In this document: piece by piece, positions 14,136 through 25,078 of the stretch
Position numbering within the stretch: position 1 is the first letter of the stretch
Layout of the letters: each line of letters opens with the position of its first letter
From: Vitrella brassicaformis CCMP3155
Taxonomy: Eukaryota; Protista; Chromerida
Assembly (NCBI GenBank): GCA_001179505.1
Contig: CDMY01000738.1
Location: 62,001-126,000, forward strand
Length of the DNA: 64,000 nucleotides
Reading direction: 5' to 3'
Position numbers and translations under genes: made by a program
The notes under the pieces: generated by a model
Told to the model about the DNA's origin: nothing
Seen by the model: the letters and a program-made list of their open reading frames with translations, nothing else
Database searches by the model: none

Positions 14136-15060
14136 CTGTGCATCCACTGATCGCAGTGATTCTCATCCTGTGTGTGCAATTTTCGCCACGGCAAGAAGAG
14201 ACAGAGCAATGAGCGCGCGAAGAGAGCTCAGAAGATCGAGACATGTAGTTGGATTGGAATGTCTTTATGGACAGTCAAGTGGCTTACGATGGCTGGGATT
14301 GTCAGTACGTCATCAGTGCATTGCCATTGCAATGGTGACGATGTGTGTAGTGTCACATACACACACGTGTGACTGAGGGGCCAATGCGTGTGTGTGTGTC
14401 TGTGTGTACCTCTTTGCCCGCCTGAGTCTGTGTGTGTGTATGTGTGTGTGTGTGTGTGCGCTTCTAGTGAAACACTCATTCACCCATGTCATGTGTATCC
14501 ATCCGAGCGTAGGGCGGATGCGCGGGCTGTTTTGGTTATGAGAGGACAATAAGCAGTGTGGGTGTGGTGAATTGAGAGATGGGTAGGTAGGTGCGGCTGA
14601 TGAAGCCCTCGGCGGCCGGTCTCGGGAGCTAAGTCTTTTGTCGGGCTTGTTCACGTGAGCATAAGACGGTCCGCTTTGTATCCATATGTACAGATAGAGA
14701 GACATGCAGTCAGTGTCTGTTCTGGCCCATCACGCATGTCGGTGGTGTCCGTACCCGTCATGAAATTGCTTGAAAGAAAATAAGAACGCATGAATTGAAT
14801 GGAGCGCTCTCTCTCTCTTTCTCCGTGAGGGGTGGATATATAAACGACCAACCGACCGACCGATCGATGAATGTATAAAGCGTGTATACACGTGTGCTCT
14901 CTTCCTCTCACTCTCTTGCTACGCGTTTTATGTGTGTCTTAGGGGGTGTGTCTATGCTATTCAGGGAGATAGGACGCAATCTCAGAATCCCCCGTCGTGT
15001 CCCTTGCAGGTTTTGGCTATAAGAAGAGGCAACACACAAGACACATTATCCATGAATTCG
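14136..15060 (+). repeat. ~0.92 kb direct repeat, copy 2 (copy 1 at 4164-5087)
   Basis: Same colinear blocks as 4164-5087 with scattered substitutions and small indels. Confidence 0.95.
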
Positions 15061-15100
15061 GCTGTAAATTCAATTTGAAGAGCTGGTGGAAGGAAGGAGG

Positions 15101-16882
15101 ATGTACATTCGGGCTGCCCCAGCGGCCCCGGCCGCCGCCGCCGTTAAGGCGAATCGCAGTCGGTCAAGCCAGGTAACTCCTGCATGCACGACTCCTCCTT
15201 GCTGCACATGATAAGCAATGCCATTGGCTCTTCCTATCTGGACGTGATGCGTTGTTGTGCATTCACGAGTGCAGCCCCTGCCTGAGGTGGACCCAAAGGT
15301 GACGAACTTTCTGTCCGACATGGAGGAGGATGTGCCGGAGGACATCCTGCGGTGCCCCATCACGCTGCAGCCGCTTCGACGGCCCGTCGTCACGCCCAGC
15401 GGCAATGTTAGCTCATCACCGACATGCATCCATCGATGCGCATCACGCCGCTGGTTTGTACCTCTTCAAACGCATTCTGTGCCCTGAATGCAGACGTATG
15501 AGTACAGTCCGCTGAAGAAGCTGATCCGCGAGAACCCCCAGATGGCCAAGTCGCCCCAGACGCGCCAGCCGCTGAAGTTGAAGGACCTCCGCCCCAACCG
15601 CTACGCCGTCAACCAAATCGAACAGCGGGCCAAACAGGTGCGGACAAGGGAGGGAGGGGGGGAGGGATTGCGACGTTCTGATGGATCTGAGATTTTCTCT
15701 GTTATGCCGTTGTCAGCTGATGAAGGAGTATCAGGTGCCCGAGGAGGATGGGAAGGAGAAAGCGGAGGCGGCGACCAGCTCATCGAGCGCCATGCCAGGA
15801 CTCAACCAGACCATTCGTACGCACATCAGCACAAAGGGGAAGAACGACCGCAAACAAATGTGTCTGTGTCTGTGTGTCTGCAGGCGGCCTCAACCAGTGC
15901 CGCACGTATCTGAGCGACTTCTGGAAGGGCTATAATGGCACGGTGTACCAGCTCAGCGGCATAGCCAAGGAGTCCTTCGAGCCACCCCGGGCAATTGTAG
16001 ACTACGTACGAAGCGAAAGAGACACTCACACTCACAACAGAGGGAGAATTGCCCATCTCTGTCGTGTGTGTGTGTCTCCGTGTGTATGTGTTGGCTGCAG
16101 CTGGAGAGGGATAGCGAGTTGACGTTGCAGCTGCTCCAGTGGCACAAGACGGAGAGCAAAAACTACATACCAAAAGGGGTACGCACCCACATACCAAGGC
16201 GTAGACGTGCAGACGCATAAGACACATATGGTGGTGGTGGTGGTGTGCAGTTTACTCACCGACATCAGAGCATCGTCCCCCGCGAGTTGGAGACGGCCGT
16301 GGTGGCATGGCTGGACGAGCAGGACATCAGCAGAAGCATGTCAGGCTCCACCCGCCGGGCCAGGAGGGCCTCTCGGCCGCTGTCGAGCTTCGGATACGCC
16401 ATAGTGATAGACGCCTTCAATTCGAGCGGGTGTTTCAGTCCTCCGCGGGCGGGGCGGTGCGGGTACGCATACACAGCAGCCCATGTAGCCATTCGAGCCA
16501 CCATGAGCATGTTTTTGTGTGTCAGGTTGTGTTGTCGTTTAGTGGCTGGCGATGGGGGGCCCGGCACTGCACGGTGCCGGGCAACAAGGACGGCAACTAC
16601 CTCCTGGACACATGTGAGTGAGCAGACAGACAACAGAGAAAAAAGCGGGAAGACAAGTATGGTTGGTCTCTCTCTCTCTCTCTCCGTGTCTGTCTGTCTG
16701 TCTGTCTTCCTGTGGTTTCACAAGACCGTCCGATGTCGCTGCATCGTCAGTCGACCTATCTGACGTGGGATGGCGTCCACGAAGTGGACCCCAACCTGAC
16801 ATTGGCCGCCATGAAGGCCCTGAGGCGCACGAACGCAGAGGCTCCGGGAGACCTCCGACTCGAGATCAAAAAGAGGGAGTGA
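15101..16882 (+). CDS. U-box domain protein (putative E3 ubiquitin ligase) with unknown C-terminal region
   Basis: EDVPEDILRCPITLQPLRRPVVTPSGN|TYEYSPLKKLIRENPQMAKSPQTRQPLKLKDLRPNRYAVNQIE matches the U-box pattern (CPIT...DPV...G.TYE...SP.T..PL...L.PN); downstream exons stay in frame to ...LRLEIKKRE*. Confidence 0.85.
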
Positions 16883-17560
16883 GCCAGAGCTAGATAGACT
16901 GGGGGAAGGAAGTGTGGGGAGGGGGTGTCTGTCGAATCGATTGTGTGTTCTTCCCTGGTGGGTGCATTCAGTGCTGATGATGGATGGATGGATGGATGTG
17001 TGGAGTGGTGATGTCGTGGCAGATGGGATGTGTGCAGCGGGGTGGGTGGGGCACACAATTCACGCGAATGTTTGATGGAATGGACTGGTTTCTCTGTGTA
17101 TGTCTGGTGAGTCTGTCTGCACTGCAAATCTTGCTTTCGCATTGCTGGTTGACACATCAAACACATCAAACGTGTCGCACATTCCCCACAGTAGCCACAC
17201 GCTCGATGGCTGTCTCTCTCTGTGTGGCCTGCCGCGTCGAGGCCGGCGTCGAATCGATGACGGGTCCCCCGACACGTAAGGCCACACACAGATGGCTGGC
17301 TGTCGAGTAGCTCACACACACATGCAAGAGACCCGTTGTAGACACTCACACATCCATCCATTTATCCATCCATCGTGCCTGCCACCTATCGCAGCGTAAA
17401 ACGCACTCGCTCGCTGATGAAGCTGCCCGGAGCGCACAGCTAAGTGCACAGTACAAAAGCATCGATCGTACACCTACCTACACCAACAGGGAGGGACTCT
17501 TGAACAAATACATACATACCCGCATACGCACCAAGGCTGTCCATCTATCGGTGAGGTCAG

Positions 17561-19755
17561 TCATCCGATGATGCCGCCTCCCTCGTATTTCTTGGCGTTC
17601 TTGGCGTTGTTGCTCCAGTCGTACTTGGTGTACCTCACCCTGTACCCTCCGGTGGCCAGCAGCCCCTCGACGGCGGCCTTCTTGTCCCCCCTGCACCAGT
17701 CCGCCGCCTTGGTCAGCACCTCCTTGGTGTTCGCACCAAAGTCAGCCGCATACCTGACAAACGACACACGACAGACAGAAACATAACAAAAGGACTGAAG
17801 TGAGTGGAGGGACACACTGATGGGCAGGTGTGTGGAAGGTATGTGGCTCACGGGCGTACCAGTCGAATATTTTGGAGAGGAAGATGGTTTTGGCGGCCCT
17901 GTCGACGCTGACGTTCTCGTCCATCTCGCAGAAGGCCTGGGCCGCGATACGCAACTCCTCCTGACACACCACAGACACATTCACACACGCCCCCATCCAA
18001 ACACGTCATTCGCCTGATGTGGTGCCTGCGGCGTGTGAGTGCGCCTTTGCTCACATCGATGGCCTCAGCAGTGAAGTTCTTGACTGGCGGGCAAGACTTT
18101 GCACCGCAGTTGAGAGCAAAATGGATCCGACAATCCACCTGACACAAACCAACACACTCACTTGTGCGATTCCTGTTTGGTCAGGGAGGGGCCGTACCTC
18201 TGGTAGCGCCCAGTTTCCCCTCGGGTCGTTGGGCTTGAAGTGTTTGTTCAGGTGGGAGGGCGCCTTCCTGTTTGCGCGAAGGATGCCGTTCTCGAGCTCG
18301 CTCATGGTGAACCGATGACCGCCGATCTCATACGCCGGGTTGTCGAAAAACGACATCCGCGCAAAACCGCTCATCGGCACACCCACCTGTACACACACAC
18401 ACACAGGTCGAGAATGCCCTCTGTCTGTCTGTCTGTCTGTGTGTGTGTATGTATGTCTTCTTTACCTGTGCGAACGCGTGAATGACCATCATGTTGTAGA
18501 GGTTGATGCCGAAGGCGAGTTTCTCGTCGCGGCTGAGCTTCCCGAAGGGCACCTTCTGAATCTCACACGTCAGGTTCTGGAATTCGCGAAAGGCCGGGTC
18601 GGATGTCAGCTGCGCCAAGTCGAGCATCCCCTCGTTGTCGAGATACTTGCTCTGCAGACACGTCAAACACGCCCACACGATGGTGTGATTGTGATTTTGC
18701 GCTATCCCTTGCCCAGATGCGCACCTGCAGCGATGAGAGGGCGGCTTTGCAGCCCTTGATGACCTGCATGGCCGGCCGGGCCGTGGGCTCGTCCCACCGC
18801 TTGAGGTTGTTCAGCAGCTGGGGGTCCTCGTGCAGATGGAACCGATAAAACAGATAGTCGTCCTTGAAGTGGTGGTCCTTGCACACGTGGCTGAAGAAAC
18901 ACGACAGGAACAGCTGCTGACCCACCTGCGCACACACACCAACAGAGAGAGAGAGAGAGAGATCACCAGACACACGGGCCTGCTGTGTGTCCTACGTGAG
19001 TGTGTGTGAGTGTGTGTGTGCGTACCTGGATGGCCTCCTCACGTAGTCTGAGTTGGAATCTTCTCAAGAGGTAGTCGACAAAGTCCTGTCCGACGAAGCA
19101 GTTCTTGTAGGTCTTGAGGTGGTACATGCGGTCCTTGATGTCCACCTCCTTCAAGAAGATGTCCATCAGCTCCGTGTACGTGTACTCCCTCTCACCTAAT
19201 ACAACACACACACACACACACACATGCATTCATCGGCCGATTGATTGCTGCCTGCTTCCTCCCTCTTGTTGTGGCCTACCGATGAAGAACTTGTCTTGCT
19301 CTAGAGCGGGCGGGGGCGCTTCATCTTTCGGCCGGTATGCAGGCCTCTGCAGCCGCTCGTCTGAGGGGGCCTCCTCCGCCAACATAGCTGCAGACAGACA
19401 GTCGGGCATTGGAACACACAGAGTGCTCCTGGCGGGTGACTCACCGGTGTACAGGGTGTCGAGCGCCCCTGATCTGTCCAGCTCGTCGATGTCGGCCGCA
19501 CCGCCCAGGTGCTTGCTGTTGAAGAACACCTGAGGGACCGTCAGCCTGTCCGTCAACTGACGTAGGCAGACAGACACATGAGGCGGCCCGTCCATCACTG
19601 GCTGCCCGTGCGCTTGCCTGCAGCATGTCATTTCGCTTCTCGGGGTAGTCGGTGAGTGAGATCTCGATGAAATCCCATCCTTTCTCCTCGAACAAGCCCT
19701 TGACGCGCTTGCAGTGCGGACACGCTTTGAGCGAAAAGATAACGATGGCACCCAT
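17561..19755 (-). CDS. Glutaredoxin + DEP + DUF547 domain protein
   Basis: N-terminal IFSLKACPHCKRVK and TVPQVFFNSKHLGG (glutaredoxin); IKDRMYHLKTYKNCFVGQDFVDYL...FSHVCKDHHFKDDYLFYRF (DEP); EKLAFGINLYNMMVIHA, LENGILRAN, RIHFALNCGAKSCPPV, LSKIFDWY..DFG, YDWSNN (DUF547). Confidence 0.92.
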
Positions 19756-20089
19756 GATTCGAACGCCGTCAGCAGTGCTGCCGATTCAAACGCGCCGGCA
19801 GCCAGAGCTGAAAGGTCGAGCTCGCAATATTGCGAGCCCCGAAAATTGAGGGACGAAGGGAGAACAGCGATTTCAGCACTTTTGGAAGCTTCTGGCTACC
19901 GAATTGGTGCATTGGATGCTCGTCTGCTGCCGGGATGCCCATCGAAGCTTGAAATCTGTTCACCACTCACATCTGACTCAGCTGTCGACGTTTGCTCGCA
20001 TTGGTCGGTCTTTTCCTCGCTCGACGCCGTGTGTTAGGCTTTCCGGCCCTCTGAAAGGAGGCCCCTTCTTGCCCCCCCGCCAGCGGTTC
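19756..20089. promoter_or_regulatory. Short head-to-head intergenic region, probable bidirectional promoter
   Basis: Only ~330 bp separates the divergent starts of the DUF547 gene and the kinase; no specific motif identified. Confidence 0.3.
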
Positions 20090-23000
20090 ATGTTTCCCAA
20101 CAGGGGCTATGCCGGTGAGCGCACGCAACCAATCCACAATTCCGGGCATCGAAAGCCCACCGTGTGTTGTCATTTTGTCCCCTCCAGCTCCCCCGAGCGG
20201 CTCTTCTCGCCCCGGTGCGGGTGTCCCATTCATTCCCCCCGCCCTGCCCACTCTCCGCCCTGTAGCTCCTCCGTCTGCCTCACCCCGAGGCTCGCCAGTG
20301 GGTGCCCGTCCCCCCTCCACCCCCCCACCCGTTGCCAGCGGGTCATTCAGCCCGCCCGTCATGCGACACCCAACCGCCACATACCTGCCGGGGCAGGGCC
20401 GGACCGGGGGTGTGTTCGTCACGCAGTCGTCGCTCATCACTCATGGGAGTGGGCCGGGGAGTGGGCCTGGGTCAACGCACTCGAGCATCATACTGACGCA
20501 GGTGGGCGTGGTGAGGGATGAATGGATGGGTGGCTGGACGCTGCATTTTGTGGATCTGTTTTGTTGGTGCTTCTTCAGTGGCCTCCGCCTTCTGGTGGTC
20601 GCGGGATGGAGACGCTCGTGTCGCCCAGGGTGGCTGGCAGGCCACAGCCGCCAAGCAGGTCAGACACACGGGCACACTGCCGCCCCATCAGTCATTCGAT
20701 CGCGTTCTGCCACTGTTTTCTCTGTCTTCAGTGTGGTGTATTCGGTTCGCGGTCCCCCAGTGTTTGGCCCGCCATCGCCATCCCAGCGCAGTGTGGTGTT
20801 GTATGCACCCAGCCCCAGGGGTCAGGCTCCGATTCACATGGCTGCCGTCGCTGCCGCCCCGGCACAGCCGCATGTCGCTGCTGGATCGCCCGCACAGCAG
20901 TGAGCACAGGCGGAAGCGTGCATGGATGCGTGTATGCATGACTGTCTCTGTCTGTCTACGTCAGATATGCGTCTGCCTTCTCGAGGGTGGAGGCCACTCG
21001 CCAGCGGCTGGATGAGCTCATCAAGAGCCAACACGGCCTTGATGCTGCCGCCAGCAAGGTGAATGAGTCGCGGACAGAGAGCACGGACCATTGTCGAGGT
21101 ATAAGAGAGTATATGTTTTGTGTCAGGATTTCGCGGCGCATGATGCGAACGAGGACAAGACGTTGCAGCGGAGTGAGGTCGAGGCGATGGTGAGGGACCT
21201 GGCTGTCAGGTACCAGATTCCCATGCCCGACAAAACCACACTCGAACGGTAGGCACGTCCAACAGACACACAAGAGGGGAAATCGGCAGGAGCTCGTGTG
21301 ATGTGTACGTGTGTGTGGATCGATGGCTGTAGTCTGTTCAACAAGTTCGACACCGCTGGGACGAACGAGATCCCGCAGGCGTCGTTCCGCGACTTCTACA
21401 GAGAGATCCTGTGCTTTATCAAACAGTCCTACTACCCACCAGTCGTCAGGTCACAACACGCCGACGACCACACATACACCCATTCATTCACTCCCATTCT
21501 CTCTGTCTCTTTCTGTGTGTGCAGGTTTCGTCGTGAGTTCTTCATTCAGGAGAAGCAAGCCAAGCTGGATGACTTCTACACGCGCGAAGACAAGCTCGGC
21601 CAGGGGCAGTTCGGCATTGTCTTCAAAGTCAGGGAGAAACGGACCGGCACGGGCGAAATGGGTGGGTGGGTGGTGAGACACGACACGCAGATCAGCAAGA
21701 ACAGAGGGAGACACGGGAGAGGTGTTCGGTCATGTGGGCGTGTGCAGGTCTGTTTCGTTGCTGCAAAACGATATCTAAGAGCAAGACAACGTGTCCGAGG
21801 GAGCTCATTGCCAACGAGATCGACGTGCTGAGACGGCTCGACCACCCTAACATTGTCAGTCAGTCAGTTATCACACTCAACGCAGAGAGACATCAAGCCA
21901 TCTGTGAACATGTGTGTGTAGGTGCGTATGTACGAGGCGTTCGAGGACTACCAGAATCTGTACCTCATTTTCGAGCTCATCGACGGCAAAGAGCTGCTCG
22001 ACATCATTCTTGATCTCGCAAGGGCAGGTCCGTGTGTGTGTGGTGGCTGGCAAAAAATGGTGAGACGAATGGCCTGCGTCTCTCTCTCTCTCTGTCTCTC
22101 TGTCTCTCTCTTTCTCTCTCTCTTTGTCTGTGCAGGTCAGGCGTTTGACGAGGCGCGTGCAGCGCGGGTGCTGCGGAGTGTATTGTCGGCCATCGCGCAC
22201 TGTCACTCCAACAGGGTGATGCACAAGGACCTCAAGCCGGAAAACATCATGATCCTCAACAAAGACCTTGACGTGCTCGATGCCGGTCGGTCAGCCAGCC
22301 ACCCAGCCACGCGAGATGTCTCAGAAAGACGAAGCATTTGTTGTATGATTGCAGGCAGCGTGAAGATGATCGATTTCGGTCTGGCTGAGATGTTCACGCC
22401 AGGTCACGTGTCGACCACTGCTGCTGGCACGCCCTACTACATGAGCCCCGAGGTCACACAAACACACACTTTGCTGGTGGAGTGAACGTCTCTGTGTGTG
22501 GAGCTGCAGGTGTTCCATCACAACTTCAACTACAAGTGCGACGTGTGGTCGGTGGGCGTGCTGCTCTACCTCATGCTCACCGCGCACCTGCCATTCGACG
22601 CGCCCAACAAAGAAGAATACATCAAGGTAAGGCCGCCCACCACACAGACAGAGAAGACCTCCTGCACACCATCATCTCTATCTCATGTGTGTCAGGTGGT
22701 GACCAACCAGCCGGTGTCGTTCCCGGACCACCTCTTCAAGAACATTTCAAAAGAGGCTGTGGAACTCCTGAAGCGTCTGCTGGAGAAAAAAGTCGAGCTG
22801 CGCCCCACGGCCGCACAGGCGCTGGACCACCCATGGTTCCAGAAGTTCCCTGACAAAGCACGTGGGTCTAACAGGAGGCTGGGCGAGCTCACCAGGCAAG
22901 GCACCGTCTTCCAAGTCTATGCTCAGGTGGGAGAGGGTGGGTGTTTCTGCCTACACACATTCACGTCGCGTACATTTCTCTCTCCTTGTTTTTCTGTGTC

Positions 23001-23798
23001 TGCAGAAGGATTGCTTTACGCGGATCTGTCTGAATCTGGTGGCCATGCACATGGAGTACTCGGCTGTGCGCCGGGCCCCTCGTGTGTTCAAGGCCCTCGA
23101 TATCGACCACGACGGCATGATATCGGAGGAAGAGATGACCAAGGCACTCCAGGAAATTGGATGCCCTGAAGAGGTGAGAAGACACGAGACACCAGGCCAC
23201 ATGCACCATGTCTTCCTCTCTTTCTCTCTATCTCTCTGTGTCTCTGTGTGTGTCTCGTAGGACATCCCGCGGATTATTGATGCGTTGGACAGCGATGGCT
23301 CTGGGACCATTTCGTATTCTGAGTTTCTGGCCGCTCTTCTCAGCAAGGGTGACCTCCAGTTTGAGCAAAGCCTGTGGTCGGCTTTCAGGAAAGTACGCGA
23401 GACACCAAGAAAGGCACAGAGAGAGACACCACCTCACACAACACACGAGCCTCCTGGTATGTACGTCGGTTTGTCAGTTCGATTTGGATGGAGACGGTAC
23501 GATCAGCCGTGAGGAGCTGTACAAGCTGCTGACGAGCACGGACGCCGTGCAGATCGACAGAGACAGGGACACGATCAACAAGATCCTGGAGGACCTCGAC
23601 AAGAACAAGGACGGGCTGATCAACTTCGACGAGTTCAAATCCTACCTCATGAACCAGATCGGCAGGACCAGTACTGAAGACGACGTGCCTCTGCCGACGT
23701 CTGGCGAATCTTCTCCTGCCAAGTCGCCCAAGAGTACGTCGCCCAAATCTTCCCCAAAGGGGCAGCAGAAATCAGCAGGGGGCAGAAGGGGAAGCTAA
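20090..23798 (+). CDS. CDPK6: Calcium-dependent protein kinase, CDPK6-like: Pro-rich N-terminus, N-terminal EF-hand-like pair, kinase domain, four C-terminal EF hands
   Basis: LGQGQFGIVFKV, RLDHPNI, HKDLKPEN, DFGLAE, AGTPYYMSPE, DVWSVGV; EF loops DIDHDGMISEEE, DSDGSGTISYSE, DLDGDGTISREE, DKNKDGLINFDE; extra N-terminal loops DANEDKTLQRSE and DTAGTNEIPQAS. Subfamily name rests on architecture only. Confidence 0.9.
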
Positions 23799-25078
23799 CT
23801 TGCTGCGGTTAGGTGGGTGCTTGGGTGGTTGGGTGATTGATTGGTGAGTGGTTGGTGAGTGGTCTTTTCTTATTGGCCCCCTCTCTTTCCCGTGTACGTG
23901 ACGGCCTTTGCTGCGCTTGCACTTGTGTGTCTGTACACTTGTCCTTGACACATCGCTCCCTGTGAGCTTTTTCCGGTCAGCTGCTAGTAACTTTTTCGTG
24001 AAGGGGAGCTTCACATGTTGTGTGGTGGACATCGCGCCATTGTGTGTCACTGTCTGCTGGAAGGTGGGCGGATTGATGGACAGCATTGCCGCACGTCAGG
24101 TCTTATCTAATAAGTCGTCAATGTACACACAAGTGAGGGATTTCCGACCCGACCGGCCCGGCCGAATGCCTCACCCACTCGCCACACACAGCTGCCCGAC
24201 AGAAGCTTTGGGAAAGGCTCACACAATCAGGGCGAAAGAGGGGAGAAAACGCCACCGGCCAGACTGACTGATGAAGGTGCACATGCATCCATCCACGCGC
24301 GCACCCAAACGCACACAAACTTGGAGTGCAACGAGCCGAATCAAATATACAGTCGAATGGATCTCCCTCTCTCCCTCTCTCCCTCTCTCTCCGTCCCGCC
24401 ACTGTCTCTCTCTTTCTTTCCTTGTGTGTCTGTGTGCTTGCTTCTGTTGTTGTTGGTGTGAGAAAGTAGGGGTATGTGTGTCCGCCTTGGCTTGTGTGCG
24501 TTTTTGTCGATGAGCGTATGTGCTACGTTACGTTCCGTTGCAGCATGACAGATGCCGTTTCCGCTGTGTAATCGACGCCTGTGTGTCTGACATGACCGAC
24601 CATCGCATGTTCCACCGTCTGGTCCATTCATCTCAGCTCATAATCTGGTTCGTGCGCCACCAGAGCAAACAGAAGGATGCACAGAATTGTATATGGAGAG
24701 AGACACGGCTGCCCAGCCCCAAATTCATGAATCTAGTATGTAGTCGCATCGGCGCCGACAAAGGTGTGCTCTGTCTTGTCGCTGTAGGGACACTGAAAGG
24801 AAAAATAGCAGATCGCGAACGAAGGCGATTGCGGGAAAAAGACCCCAGAACAGCAAGGTTCGCATCTCATAAGCAGGTCAAAGCCTATGCTCTATCAGCC
24901 CCCCTCCCCTCCCCCGACCCCCATCCCAACCCCTTTCCTATCTGAACACACTCTGTTCGTGAGATAGAACACACTCTCTTCGTGAAATAAGAATCGGAGA
25001 TCAACAGATGGGAGATGGGAAAAATAGGTACCCACTGAGAATGCCATACGTGCGAAAAAGACCCCACATGCACCTGAA

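Noticed and set aside
4164-15060. LTR retrotransposon bounded by the two 0.92 kb repeats
   Set aside because: No gag, protease, RT or integrase motifs inside; interior genes are intron-rich and on both strands; no clear TG...CA termini or TSD found.
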